Assembly (NCBI GenBank): GCA_030615805.1
Contig: JAUWYN010000001.1
Location: 1 to 41,038, forward strand
Length of the DNA: 41,038 nt
DNA from: Hadesarchaea archaeon
GTDB lineage: Archaea > Hadarchaeota > Hadarchaeia > Hadarchaeales > Hadarchaeaceae
Direction: 5' to 3'
Part shown: positions 25,627 through 35,337 of the stretch, piece after piece
Numbering within the stretch: the first letter of the stretch is position 1
How the letters are laid out: every line of letters starts with the position of its first letter
Translations under genes and position numbers: made by a program
Notes under the pieces: model-generated
The model's input: the letters and a program-made list of their open reading frames with translations, nothing else
The model's database searches: none
Told to the model about the DNA's origin: nothing

Positions 25627-26907
25627 CTACACGAGCGTCAGCTGCCGCGGAAGTTGGAGTGATTCGATGCTGTCGATGGGATGCTCCTCCTGAACTGCCG
25701 CCCTCGCCTGAATCGGCGGGATGCTTAGCGTTATCTCCTTGGTCCGCCCGTAGCGACCCTTGCTGATGATCTGAGCGTTGATGATCCCTAGCATGTCGAG
25801 TTCGGAAATCAAATCGCTGACGCGGCGCTGCGTTAGCACATCCAACCCGCTCTGCCGGCATAGCGCGCGATAAACAGCGTACACATCGCCCGTCACTATC
25901 TTGCGGGAGTTCCTCTCCGTCAAGAGCACGACGCTGAAGAGCACTAATTTCGACTGCGAGGGCAACGTTCGAACGACCTCCACCATCTTGTCCTTCTCCA
26001 TCTTCTCGAAAGCCCGTCGGACATGGGTCACGGTGGCCATCTCCACGCCCTCGCGCTCGGCCAGCTCGCCCGCGATACGCAGCAAGTCGAGGGCCCGCCT
26101 GGCATCGCCGTGTTCCCTCGCCGCGTGGGCTGCGCAGAGTGAGATCACGCCGTCGCCCAGCACGCCGTCAACGTAACTCATCTCCGCTCGCTTCTCCAAT
26201 ATGTCTTTGAGCTGAAGCGCGTTGTAAGGGGGGAAAACTATCTCCTCCTCGCTGAGGCTGCTCCGAACGCGGGGGTCTAGGTAGTTCATGAAGTTCAGAT
26301 CGTTTGAGATACCCACGATACTCACTTTTGCTTTTATCAGGTCGGAATTCATGCGGGTCAAATTGTAGAGGACTTCATCACCGCTCTTCAACACTAGCCT
26401 ATCGATTTCATCCAGTACGATCACCGCGAGCTGTGGGTCGTGATCGAGCGCCCTGAAGAAACATCGATAGACTTCATCCGTCGGCCAGCCCGTCATCGGG
26501 ACGCTTTCGGGAAAACCTAGGGAATTCACGTACTCCCTGCCGTAGCGCTCCCTGAGCTTATCCAAAAAGGTGTTCGCGAGCGTCGCGAGAATTCGGTACT
26601 GGGTGTTGACGACCTCGCAGTTCAGATAAACTGGCTCAACCATCCGAGGCGCGTGATCGCTAACGCGCTTTAGCTCCTTCACCACATGCTTCACGCTAGC
26701 CGTCTTCCCTGTCCCCGTCTTACCGTAGATGAACAGGTTCGACGGCGTCTCCCCTCTTAGGGGGGCCACGAGTATCCGCGCGAGCTGATGAATCTGCTCA
26801 CCCCGATGCGGTAGTTCCTCGGGCGTGTAGCTCGGTCGTAGATACTCCCGGTTTTTGAATATCGGCTTCGACACCAACAGCATGTCGAACAGACCTTCCG
26901 AACTCAT
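25627..26907 (-). CDS. cdc6: Orc1/Cdc6 replication initiator
   Basis: IFKNREYLRPSYTPEELPHRGEQI, the Walker A motif YGKTGTGKT, a Walker B motif (VLDEID) and a C-terminal winged helix. The ATG at 26907 has GGAGGTG upstream. Confidence 0.93.
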   Translation of the reverse strand: MSSEGLFDMLLVSKPIFKNREYLRPSYTPEELPHRGEQIHQLARILVAPLRGETPSNLFIYGKTGTGKTASVKHVVKELKRVSDHAPRMVEPVYLNCEVVNTQYRILATLANTFLDKLRERYGREYVNSLGFPESVPMTGWPTDEVYRCFFRALDHDPQLAVIVLDEIDRLVLKSGDEVLYNLTRMNSDLIKAKVSIVGISNDLNFMNYLDPRVRSSLSEEEIVFPPYNALQLKDILEKRAEMSYVDGVLGDGVISLCAAHAAREHGDARRALDLLRIAGELAEREGVEMATVTHVRRAFEKMEKDKMVEVVRTLPSQSKLVLFSVVLLTERNSRKIVTGDVYAVYRALCRQSGLDVLTQRRVSDLISELDMLGIINAQIISKGRYGRTKEITLSIPPIQARAAVQEEHPIDSIESLQLPRQLTLV

Positions 26908-27394
26908 TTTTACCCACCTCCTCTCCTGCCTTCTCAAGGGACTCATTCAACCGCTTGCTCCAGCCATCGAGCGTGGCAGCCAAGCGATTGATCAGGAACC
27001 GCTCTTGGGGCGGTAAGGGACCAGCTCCCTCTGGGGAAAGTGCCAACCGAACCAGCTTTGGAATCCTGACTTCCATCAGGGCTGAGACTTGGGTCTGGAT
27101 CTCCTCGACTTTCCCGTGCTCTCCGGCCGCCCGTGCAAATGCGATCCTTTGAGCGACCGACGAATAAAAATCATCTGGAAGGGGTGTGAGCTCAGATTCA
27201 CGCTCCTCCGCCAAGAGGAGCTTCCGGAGTTCCACCGACGTGAGTTTCTGGAGAGGCTCCACGAACCCATGACGCTCGAGGACCGCGGCCTCCCACGTCT
27301 CAAGCTCCGTTTCCTCTCCCTCCGCCAGCGGGCCCAGCTGCCTGCCCACCAACTTCATCGCCGGTAAATCCTCAAGGACCCGAACGCGTTTCAT
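26798..27394 (-). CDS. GINS subunit, Gins23-type (B domain then A domain); 3' end overlaps cdc6
   Basis: A beta-rich N-terminal domain is followed by the helical LTPLPDDFYSSVAQRI... domain. Its ATG directly abuts the mcm stop. mcm-gins23 linkage is known from Sulfolobus. Confidence 0.6.
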   Translation of the reverse strand: MKRVRVLEDLPAMKLVGRQLGPLAEGEETELETWEAAVLERHGFVEPLQKLTSVELRKLLLAEERESELTPLPDDFYSSVAQRIAFARAAGEHGKVEEIQTQVSALMEVRIPKLVRLALSPEGAGPLPPQERFLINRLAATLDGWSKRLNESLEKAGEEVGKNEFGRSVRHAVGVEADIQKPGVSTTELHARGTTASG

Positions 27395-29407
27395 TTACTT
27401 CACCGCTCTTGTGACCATGCCCTGCTTCGGCTCGTACAGGTGGCCCCTAATTTTCTCTTGATCGATTAGCTCTTCCACAAACGATTGTCTGATCCCCTCG
27501 GACCCGGCGATGCGGATTATTTCCTCGACCGGCGCCGCCCCGCCGTACTGGCCCTCAAGCTCCTTAATGATATCCAGCACGCGGCGGATGTTATCGCGCT
27601 GAGATTTGGCCTTGCCCGTCATGAGCACGTCGATATCTAGTTTTCCCGTCTCGGTGTCGATCCCAGCCTCCTGCAAGGAGCGCTTGACGAGATTGATCGC
27701 ACGGTTTGCGTCCTCAACGGTCACGCGATCGCTCAGCCGCATTCGAGTGTTCGCCTTCGTCAGCCGCACGATGGCCTCGAGTTGCCTCACTGTGATCGGG
27801 AGAGGTGCCTCGCCTCGCTCGGCTACCCTCCTCCAATCGACGAAGAAATCCTCGATCGTCTTCATGGCTTCCTTGTCATCAAATTTCGGATCGAGGTTCT
27901 GGCGCGCGTAGATGATGATCTTGCGTAGGAAATCCAAGTGGAGGGGCGGCTTGACCACTTTTGTGGGGGCGCGGTGCAGTTCTAAAATGTGGTGGGCCAT
28001 GGTCCGATCTCTGTCGGCACGCGGTTCGTCGCGCATGATGAAGATCAAGTCGAATCTCGAGAGGATCACGGGGTCTAGGGGGACTTGCTGTGCAATCGTG
28101 AGGTTCTTCTCAAACCTGCCGTATTTTGGGTTGGCTGCCGCGAGCACAGCGGTGCGGGTGTTGAGAGTTGCGATGATGCCCGCCTTGGCCACGCTAATCG
28201 TCTGCTGCTCTAACGATTCTAAAATCGAGTTTGAATCCTCCGGTCTCATTTTCTCGAACTCGTCGATGCTGGCTAAACCGCCGTCCGCTATCACAAGGGC
28301 CCCAGCCTCGAGGGTCCACCCACCACTTATCTCATCGCGGACTGCCGCAGCCGTAAGGCCGGCACCCGTGGCCTTCATGCCGGAGGTGTAGAGGCCGCGG
28401 GGAGCGACGTTCGCGGCCCACTTTAGGATTTGACTCTTCGCAACACCTGGGTCACCTGTGAGGAGAACATGGGTGTCGCCTCGAATTCTCGTTCCATCTC
28501 GCAAATCGATTGCCTCGCAGCCGAATAGCTGTAGCGCGATCGCCTCCTTGATTGCGTCATACCCATAGATGCTCGGAGCAATTGACTGGATGATCTTGTT
28601 TCTGATCCAAGGGTCCTTCGCAAGCTCCTTAATTTGGGCCTTGTCCTCTGAGGTCAGCTCGGCCTCCTCGACACCCTTCTGCAGGACCTCGATGTGGCTG
28701 ATAAATAATATTTTCCGGAACGTCTTTTTACGCTCCTGGTGTCTGCCCTCCTGAAAGACGCGCAGCACGCCCGTCAACATCACATGGTTCCCCGGCACCG
28801 CCTTGTCGACAAAATCGTCTCTGACTATACCATCCAACCTTCTGGGCATCCGCCCGCCGCGCAGCTTCTCGGGGGGCTCCTGTATGCACAGGCTCTGCCA
28901 GTCGCGGAACTCCGAGCTCTCGATTAAGAGGTCGAACGGGCCCCTCCTGCCGCAGTTGGGATTTTCGCACACAAGAGGCTCCCTGAAGAACTCACCAACC
29001 TGAAGTACCCTATTTTCCTCACCACAACGCCTGCATTTGAATACCGCCTCTGTCGCCTCAGGCTTCACCTCGCCCGACCGCGTCAGAATCCCCTCGACCT
29101 GGATGAACTTGCCCACGTGCCCAGCGCGGATTTTGCGGATCTCTATTGTTATTGTTTTATCGAGTCCCATCACGCGCAAACGCATTCCGGATAGCTTCGT
29201 TATCCCCTCTAAGATCTCGTCCGCCGTGTCCAGGAAATTTATTGGATTGTCAAGCAAGCTTTTTGCGAGTTCCATGTCAAACTCCAAGAGCCGGTCGAAC
29301 GCGATGATGAGCGATTTCTGCCCCTTCCCCGCTATCCTGCGCAGCTCCTTGAGAACCTCCTTGCGGTGTAGGAACTTTTCTAGCTTTTCCTTAGCCTTCG
29401 GCTCCAA
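27395..29407 (-). CDS. mcm: MCM replicative helicase
   Basis: Zn finger CRRCGEEN...CENPNCG, Walker A GDPGVAKSQ, Walker B IDEFEKM and an arginine finger region. TTG start with GGGGTGAG upstream. Confidence 0.95.
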   Translation of the reverse strand: MEPKAKEKLEKFLHRKEVLKELRRIAGKGQKSLIIAFDRLLEFDMELAKSLLDNPINFLDTADEILEGITKLSGMRLRVMGLDKTITIEIRKIRAGHVGKFIQVEGILTRSGEVKPEATEAVFKCRRCGEENRVLQVGEFFREPLVCENPNCGRRGPFDLLIESSEFRDWQSLCIQEPPEKLRGGRMPRRLDGIVRDDFVDKAVPGNHVMLTGVLRVFQEGRHQERKKTFRKILFISHIEVLQKGVEEAELTSEDKAQIKELAKDPWIRNKIIQSIAPSIYGYDAIKEAIALQLFGCEAIDLRDGTRIRGDTHVLLTGDPGVAKSQILKWAANVAPRGLYTSGMKATGAGLTAAAVRDEISGGWTLEAGALVIADGGLASIDEFEKMRPEDSNSILESLEQQTISVAKAGIIATLNTRTAVLAAANPKYGRFEKNLTIAQQVPLDPVILSRFDLIFIMRDEPRADRDRTMAHHILELHRAPTKVVKPPLHLDFLRKIIIYARQNLDPKFDDKEAMKTIEDFFVDWRRVAERGEAPLPITVRQLEAIVRLTKANTRMRLSDRVTVEDANRAINLVKRSLQEAGIDTETGKLDIDVLMTGKAKSQRDNIRRVLDIIKELEGQYGGAAPVEEIIRIAGSEGIRQSFVEELIDQEKIRGHLYEPKQGMVTRAVK

Positions 29408-29657
29408 AATTTCTCACCCCAACGACAGCGGCGAAATGAAGAGGTCGTAAAACGTATTTAGGGAGTGTGGTGAAAATTTTGAACTTTGAGTTTAAAGTCT
29501 GAGAAATTTTTGCACACATCCTAAAATTATCTATGTCACAATTTTTCACCTCCGGAAAACTGGGTGCACCAACGCTAAACGGCAGGTTTGGCACTCTTAT
29601 TTGAATACGCACCCTTGTTCCCCCAATAAAACCTAAAAGAAGATTTTTTTGAAGTCA

Positions 29658-29685
29658 TTTTTGGGGAGAGGTCACCGAAAGTATT
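29658..29685. repeat. Copy A of a ~28-30 nt conserved motif (TTTTTGGGGAGAGGTCACCGAAAGTATT)
   Basis: It shares TTTTTG.GGAG.GG..CACCGAAAGTATT with 39131..39160, including an identical 13-mer CACCGAAAGTATT. Confidence 0.7.
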
Positions 29686-29780
29686 CCTAATCCCAAATTC
29701 CCCGATTTACACAGTTTATTTTCAAAATAGCCTTAAAATAGCGAATTTTCTGTAAAACGCCATTTTATCTTCCGAGTTCG

Positions 29781-29809
29781 AGTGGAAACAGTCGAAAACA
29801 GTGGAAATG
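29781..29809 (+). promoter_or_regulatory. Two direct mini-ORB-like boxes (AGTGGAAAC ... CAGTGGAAATG) upstream of the mcm operon
   Basis: The sequence cgAGTGGAAACagtcgaaaaCAGTGGAAATGtagg resembles the core of archaeal origin recognition boxes (CCAGTGGAAA). It has no clear G-string. Confidence 0.4.
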
Positions 29810-29878
29810 TAGGTCTAAAAGCTTCGAGTTCTGGGGTTAAGTTCCAATTTTAAATTTTGGAAAACGCCTTTTTGTGGA

Positions 29879-31177
29879 CTAGCGTATTTTCATGTATTCG
29901 TAGGCTTCAGTAGCCGACTCAAAACAATAATGAACCCGCTGATAATCGCGCCTGAACTCGGCCACACCGGCTGCGACGCGCTTGGTTTCCTCCCCATCTA
30001 TGACCACCCGCTTGATAAACTCCGCTATTTCCTCCATTTGACGCTCCTTCATGCCGAGTCGCGTCACCTCGGAGGTTCCCAGCCTTATCCCGCCCGGGTT
30101 TTTGTAGTGTCGCCCCTCGCGGATGTCCCAGGGTAGCAGGTTGCGGTTGAGCACGATGTTGGCCTTCTCGAGCCGCTGTTCCAAAGCCCCCCCATCCCCG
30201 TACTTGGTGATGTCGACGACAATCGTGTGCGAGGCCGTAAAGCCCAAATCTGGACACAGAACCGCCATACCCTGGTCATAAAGCGCCTCACCTAAAGCCT
30301 TGGCGTTTTTCACTATCTGTGCGGTGTACTCCTTCCCGAACTCCAACATCTCCGCGAGCACCACGGCTACACCGGCGACCGCATGCAGGTGGTGGTTGCT
30401 CACGACCCCCGGGAAAACGGCTTTGTTTATGGGCTCCGCTAGCTCCTTCGTGCACAGAATCATGCCGTGCTGGGGCCCTGGAAGGGTCTTGTGGGTGCTG
30501 CAAGTCATGACCTCCGCCCCTTCGCGCAGGGGGTCCTGGAACTGCCCACCCGCGATCAACCCCGCGACGTGAGCGGCATCGTACAGCACGCGCGCTCCAT
30601 GTTCACGCGCCACCTCGCTCAGCTCCTTGACGGGGTGCGGGAAGAGGAACACGCTTCCACCGAAGGTCAGGAGTTTGGGCTTGACCTCGGCGATGCGCTT
30701 CGTCGCGGCGTCCACATCAATGTTCATGCGCTTTTCGTCAAGGGGGAGGTATTCTATTTCTAGCCCATGGACCGCCCCTGCCGTTCCCCCAAACTTCTTC
30801 TTTCCCATGCTGATGTGGCCGCCTGAAGCGATCGAGATGCACATCATGGTGTCGCCTGGGTTTGTGAGGGCCGTGTAGACCGCTAGGTTTGCGGTGAGCC
30901 CCGAAACCGGCTGAACGTTCGCGTGCTCAGCTTTGAAGAGTTTACGGGCCAGCTCCATCGCGAGCAGCTCTACTTGATCGATGTAAATGCACCCAGCGTA
31001 GACCCGCTCCCCCGGCCAGCCTTCGGCATAGCGGTTCCCCAAATCGCTGGTAAGGGCTTCTCGAACCGCTGGTGAGGGAACGTTCTCGCTGGCTATAAGT
31101 GGTATGACTGTTTTGAACCACTCGTGATGCTTTTGCAAAAGCTCCAAAGTGTGCTCGTAAGCTTCTCTTGCCCGCAT
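29879..31177 (-). CDS. glyA: Serine hydroxymethyltransferase
   Basis: PLP lysine motif STHKTLPGPQHG and overall SHMT pattern. Confidence 0.92.
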   Translation of the reverse strand: MRAREAYEHTLELLQKHHEWFKTVIPLIASENVPSPAVREALTSDLGNRYAEGWPGERVYAGCIYIDQVELLAMELARKLFKAEHANVQPVSGLTANLAVYTALTNPGDTMMCISIASGGHISMGKKKFGGTAGAVHGLEIEYLPLDEKRMNIDVDAATKRIAEVKPKLLTFGGSVFLFPHPVKELSEVAREHGARVLYDAAHVAGLIAGGQFQDPLREGAEVMTCSTHKTLPGPQHGMILCTKELAEPINKAVFPGVVSNHHLHAVAGVAVVLAEMLEFGKEYTAQIVKNAKALGEALYDQGMAVLCPDLGFTASHTIVVDITKYGDGGALEQRLEKANIVLNRNLLPWDIREGRHYKNPGGIRLGTSEVTRLGMKERQMEEIAEFIKRVVIDGEETKRVAAGVAEFRRDYQRVHYCFESATEAYEYMKIR

Positions 31178-32397
31178 CAGACCCTCCCCAGTTCCTTGAG
31201 AGCCTCCTCGTAGCTCAGGGCCACACGGGGGCGCTCCGCAACTTTCATTGCCTCTTCGGGGTCTTTAAGCATGCATCCCGTCGCCACGCACACCACGCAC
31301 TCGTCCCACTTGACGGCTCCCTGACGCACGAGCTTCTTGAGTCCTGCAATCGTGGACGCGCTGGCAGGCTCCACCCCTATTCCCTCCAAGCGGGCCATCA
31401 ACTTTTGGGCCTTGATAATTTCTTTGTCGCTAACCGCCTCGGCAGTGCCCCCTGAAGTTCGAATCGCCCGAATTGCCTTTGGACCGTTCACAGGGTTGCC
31501 TATGCGAATCGCCGTGGCTATCGTCTCGGGTCTTTTAACGGGTTTGAATTTGTCAAGTCCCCCCTTGACAGCGTCGACAATCGGCTTCGCCCCTTCAGCT
31601 TGGATCCCCATCATCGCCGGGATCCCCTTCGTCAGCCCGACCGCGTCGAACTCGAAGAAGCCCTTGTAAATCGCCCATATGTTGGCGCAGTTCCCCATGG
31701 GGACTACCACGCGGTCTGGCACCTTCCACCCGAGTTGATCGGCGATTTCGAACCCTATCGATTTCTGGCCTTGGAGCCTGAACGGGTTTAGGGAGTTTAG
31801 GAGGTAGATGTCCTTCCGCTCCTCGCATATCCTGCGCACGAGTGCAAGCGCTTGGTCGAAATTTCCTTTAATCGCTATCGTGCGAGCACCGTGAACGAGT
31901 GTCTGGGCGAGCTTGCCGAGCGCCACCTTACCGCGAGGAAGCAGAACCACACATCTCAACCCAGCCTTAGCCGCATATGCTGCGAGCGAAGCCGAGGTGT
32001 TGCCCGTCGAGGCACACGCGACGGTTCGGGCTCCAAGCTCGAGCGCCTTCGTGACCCCAACCGTCATCCCCCGATCCTTGAAGGAGCCCGTTGGGTTAGC
32101 CCCCTCAAATTTCACGTAGAGCTCCCGGATCCCGACCTCGCGGGCGAGACGGTCGCAACGGTAAAGGGGCGTCCCTCCCTCACCTAGGCTGACGATTTTC
32201 GATTTATTCAAGATAGGTATGAATGTGCGATACTTCCAGACGCTCGGCGTCTCGGCCCTCAAGCGCTTGCGATTGAGCTTTCGCTTCAGCTCGCTCGGCT
32301 CGAACTCGATCTCAAGCAGGCCTCCGCATTTTGGGCACGTGTAAAATCTCTCGTGGATCTTGAACTTGCTGCCGCACTCGATGCACTCCAGCCGCAA
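31177..32397 (-). CDS. thrC: Threonine synthase with N-terminal Zn ribbon
   Basis: CIECGSKF...CPKCGG and the PLP site FEGANPTGSFKDRG. Confidence 0.92.
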   Translation of the reverse strand: MRLECIECGSKFKIHERFYTCPKCGGLLEIEFEPSELKRKLNRKRLRAETPSVWKYRTFIPILNKSKIVSLGEGGTPLYRCDRLAREVGIRELYVKFEGANPTGSFKDRGMTVGVTKALELGARTVACASTGNTSASLAAYAAKAGLRCVVLLPRGKVALGKLAQTLVHGARTIAIKGNFDQALALVRRICEERKDIYLLNSLNPFRLQGQKSIGFEIADQLGWKVPDRVVVPMGNCANIWAIYKGFFEFDAVGLTKGIPAMMGIQAEGAKPIVDAVKGGLDKFKPVKRPETIATAIRIGNPVNGPKAIRAIRTSGGTAEAVSDKEIIKAQKLMARLEGIGVEPASASTIAGLKKLVRQGAVKWDECVVCVATGCMLKDPEEAMKVAERPRVALSYEEALKELGRV

Positions 32398-32399
32398 GT

Positions 32400-33413
32400 C
32401 TAGCCCCCGAGCGTTCGATGGATGTCTATCAGGTCACCAAGCAATGAGCTGGAAGTCTCCTTCGGTCCCGCCCCGAAGCCCGTAATCGAGATCTCCCGCG
32501 CCAAATCAAGCTCAAAAGTCACCGCGTTCAAGGTGCCGCCAACGGCAAGGGGGTGCCCAAGGGGAACCAGCTTCGGCCCCACCTCAAGCGAACCGCGTTT
32601 TGCAATGCCGATGAGCTTTATCGTCTGCCCTGCCTCCCGAGCCAGCCGAATCGCCTCGGGCCGAACCCGTTTGATGCCCGCCACCTTGACGTCCTTGAGC
32701 CTCGCGTTCATTCCCAGCAAGGAGTTCGCTAGGATGGTGATCTTGCATGCGGTGTCGATGCCCTCGATATCGAGCGTCGGATCCTTCTCGGCTACCCCAA
32801 GCTCTTGGGCCTCCCGGAGGACGACCTCGAAGGGGGCATCCTCCCTGCTCATGCGCGTGAGGATGTAGTTTGTGGTGCCGTTGAGCACGCCTCTGATCTC
32901 ACGAATCTCGTTCCCGGCCAACAGCTCCTTCGCGAGCCCCACCACCGGCACGGCTCCGCCCACCGAAGCGGAATACCTGAACTCCACGCCGCATCGTCTG
33001 GCCAGAGAGTCGAGCTCCCCGAATGCGACCACGAGGGGGCCCTTGTTCGAGGTTATGACGTGCTTCCTAGCCCACATCGCGCGCTTGATGTGGGTTAGTC
33101 CCGGCTCTCCCGTCTTGATGTTGGTCGGCGTGAGTTCGTAAACGACATCGGCCTCGACCCCCTCGATCACCCGAAGGGCGAGCTTGCCCCGCTTCCCGCC
33201 CTTGTATGCAGCCACCGTTCCCGCTTTCCCGGCGACCTTGAGCAGCCTCGTTAAATTGAGCCCCTTCTCATCAACCGCGGCGCCGAACTCGTCGACGGCT
33301 GCAACCACGCGCGGGATCAAACCGTGGCTCCTGCGGAGGAAACTCGCCTTTTGAATAAGGGCGCGGCTAAGCCCCCTGCCCAAGTTTCCGAACCCAACGA
33401 GCACTAGGCGCAT
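32400..33413 (-). CDS. hom: Homoserine dehydrogenase
   Basis: NAD-binding motif LVLVGFGNLGRG and a typical catalytic domain. Confidence 0.87.
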   Translation of the reverse strand: MRLVLVGFGNLGRGLSRALIQKASFLRRSHGLIPRVVAAVDEFGAAVDEKGLNLTRLLKVAGKAGTVAAYKGGKRGKLALRVIEGVEADVVYELTPTNIKTGEPGLTHIKRAMWARKHVITSNKGPLVVAFGELDSLARRCGVEFRYSASVGGAVPVVGLAKELLAGNEIREIRGVLNGTTNYILTRMSREDAPFEVVLREAQELGVAEKDPTLDIEGIDTACKITILANSLLGMNARLKDVKVAGIKRVRPEAIRLAREAGQTIKLIGIAKRGSLEVGPKLVPLGHPLAVGGTLNAVTFELDLAREISITGFGAGPKETSSSLLGDLIDIHRTLGG

Positions 33414-33911
33414 TTACCCCGCCTCGAGCGAAGCTATTAGAAGCAACTTTTTTCTGTCGGCTATACGCTGTAGGTTGGAAATCGCTAAGCTCGCGCGCTT
33501 CTCATTATCGGTCGTGATCGTCATTCGGGCCGCTGATTCTTGACCTAGCCCGCCCATCGCGAGGCTCAAATCAGACACCCCCACCCCCCTGAGGGCGCCC
33601 AGACGATCGATCGTGTCCCGGATGTCGGTGTGGGGACCTATCAACAAAGCCGTCGTCCTCACGGCACCCTCTCGCTCCCCGAGCTGGGTAACCCGCACTC
33701 CCCTCGCCCGAAGCGCCGCTAGAATTCGGTTGAGCCTCGCCCGATCGCCGACTTCGAAGATCAACATGACCGGAATTCGTCCGAGCGGTGTCTTCCGCTC
33801 GCGCTGGTGCATGATGCTTTGAATGTTCCCCCCGAAGCGTGAGATGGGCTCGAGCGCCTTGAGGAGCTGCCCGGGGACATCCTCGAGCTCCATCATAATT
33901 CTTACCAGCAA
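33414..33911 (-). CDS. ACT-domain regulatory protein (upstream of hom)
   Basis: Two ACT-like beta-alpha-beta-beta-alpha-beta halves (ELEDVPGQLLKALEPIS...). The start is uncertain: TTG at 33911 or ATG at 33896. Confidence 0.6.
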   Translation of the reverse strand: MLVRIMMELEDVPGQLLKALEPISRFGGNIQSIMHQRERKTPLGRIPVMLIFEVGDRARLNRILAALRARGVRVTQLGEREGAVRTTALLIGPHTDIRDTIDRLGALRGVGVSDLSLAMGGLGQESAARMTITTDNEKRASLAISNLQRIADRKKLLLIASLEAG

Positions 33912-34011
33912 TTCCTCACCCCATCTTCATTACCTAACCCTTGATGTGAAAGCCCGTTTCAACTGAGGATGAATCGTCTTAAATATTGCTTGGGAGTGTC
34001 ATACGAACAAT

Positions 34012-35205
34012 TCAAAGTTGGAGCAATTTGTCCAAGAGTTTGTAACCCTCTAAAATGCCAAATGATCCCCTCTTAGCTGAAGATTCATCGAAGGATTTCA
34101 CCGCATCTCTCTGATCCCCCGTCGAGTAAATCGCGAACGGCACGGGGTCTGAGACGTGGTTCCTAACCTTTATCGGCGTTGGGTGGTCGGGCAAGATCGA
34201 GATGGCGTATTCATCTTTTAACCCATCCAATATTTTTGCGAGAAGACGAGAATCGATATTTTCAATCGCTTCAATTTTCCTCTCGACATCGCCCGCATGC
34301 CCGGCTTCATCCGGCGCCTCCACGTGGATAAAAACCAAGTCATGATCCTCCAAAGCCTTCAACCCAAACTTGGCCTTATTCTCATAGTTTGTGTCATAAT
34401 AGCCGGTGGCCCCTGGAACCTCGAGCTTATTCATACCGGCGCATACCCCCACGCCTTTAACTAGATTTACGGCCGACACGATGGCTCCTTTAACCCCATA
34501 TTTTTCGGCTAGGGTTTCCATCCTCGGCTTTTTCCCCTGCCCCCACACCCAGATCATGTTGGCAGGTTTTCTCCCCCTTTTTACCCTGGTGATGTTTGTC
34601 GGGTGACTTGAGAGGATTTGTTTAGAACTCAGAATCATCTCATTCAAAGTTTTTGCAACTTCGTTGTTCTTCGGCTTAACCAGGTGTTCGCTGAGTCTCT
34701 CGCCGACGATCCCATGGGGCGGCGCGGTTTTGATTTTATCCGAGCCTCTCGGTGCATTTCTCATTACAAACAGATGACGGTAGCCAACGCCCGTGTAGAA
34801 ATCGCCCAAATGTCCATAAGCCCCTTTCACCGCGCTTATCAATTCCCGGGCTTCCTCTGTGGTTACGTGGCCGGCGCTGTAGTCCGCTATTATCCCCTTT
34901 TCCTCCGTTATCAAGTTACATCTGAAGGCGAGGTCCTCTTTCCCCAATTCAATGTCCATGCCCGCGGCTTCCAAAGGGCCCCTGCAGGTATGGTACTTCC
35001 TCGGGTCGTAGCTCAATATGGACATCATCGCGATATCGGTTTCCGGCTCCATCCCCCTCGGGACGGTTTTCAGCAGCCCGTTCCTGCCGCGGGAGGCGAT
35101 CCAGTCCATATTGGGCTTATCTGCGACCTGCAAGGGGGTTTTCCCTCCGAGTTCCTCTAAGGGATAGTCGGCCATCCCATCCCCAACGACTATGACGAAT
35201 TTCAT
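34012..35205 (-). CDS. apgM: Cofactor-independent phosphoglycerate mutase, archaeal type (ApgM)
   Basis: MKFVIVVGDGMADYPLEELGGKTPL...VEAPDEAGHAGD are alkaline-phosphatase-superfamily ApgM motifs. Confidence 0.9.
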   Translation of the reverse strand: MKFVIVVGDGMADYPLEELGGKTPLQVADKPNMDWIASRGRNGLLKTVPRGMEPETDIAMMSILSYDPRKYHTCRGPLEAAGMDIELGKEDLAFRCNLITEEKGIIADYSAGHVTTEEARELISAVKGAYGHLGDFYTGVGYRHLFVMRNAPRGSDKIKTAPPHGIVGERLSEHLVKPKNNEVAKTLNEMILSSKQILSSHPTNITRVKRGRKPANMIWVWGQGKKPRMETLAEKYGVKGAIVSAVNLVKGVGVCAGMNKLEVPGATGYYDTNYENKAKFGLKALEDHDLVFIHVEAPDEAGHAGDVERKIEAIENIDSRLLAKILDGLKDEYAISILPDHPTPIKVRNHVSDPVPFAIYSTGDQRDAVKSFDESSAKRGSFGILEGYKLLDKLLQL

Positions 35206-35337
35206 TTGCCCCACCCTAGATTGATTACCTCAAATACTATTTTTGATCTTGTAAACTCCCCAGTTTACACATTAAAGTTTATTCACAATAAACAGTCCCC
35301 TATTCTGAGGCGGGCAAGAGGTCGTGCCAATTGGGCC

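Noticed and set aside
35206-35337. An ATACTATT 8-mer (35230s) matching the ATACTATT copies around the predicted origin (39162, 39811, 39823)
   Set aside because: A single short AT-rich 8-mer in an AT-rich promoter region is compatible with chance. Only the three origin-proximal copies are mentioned, as part of the origin description.
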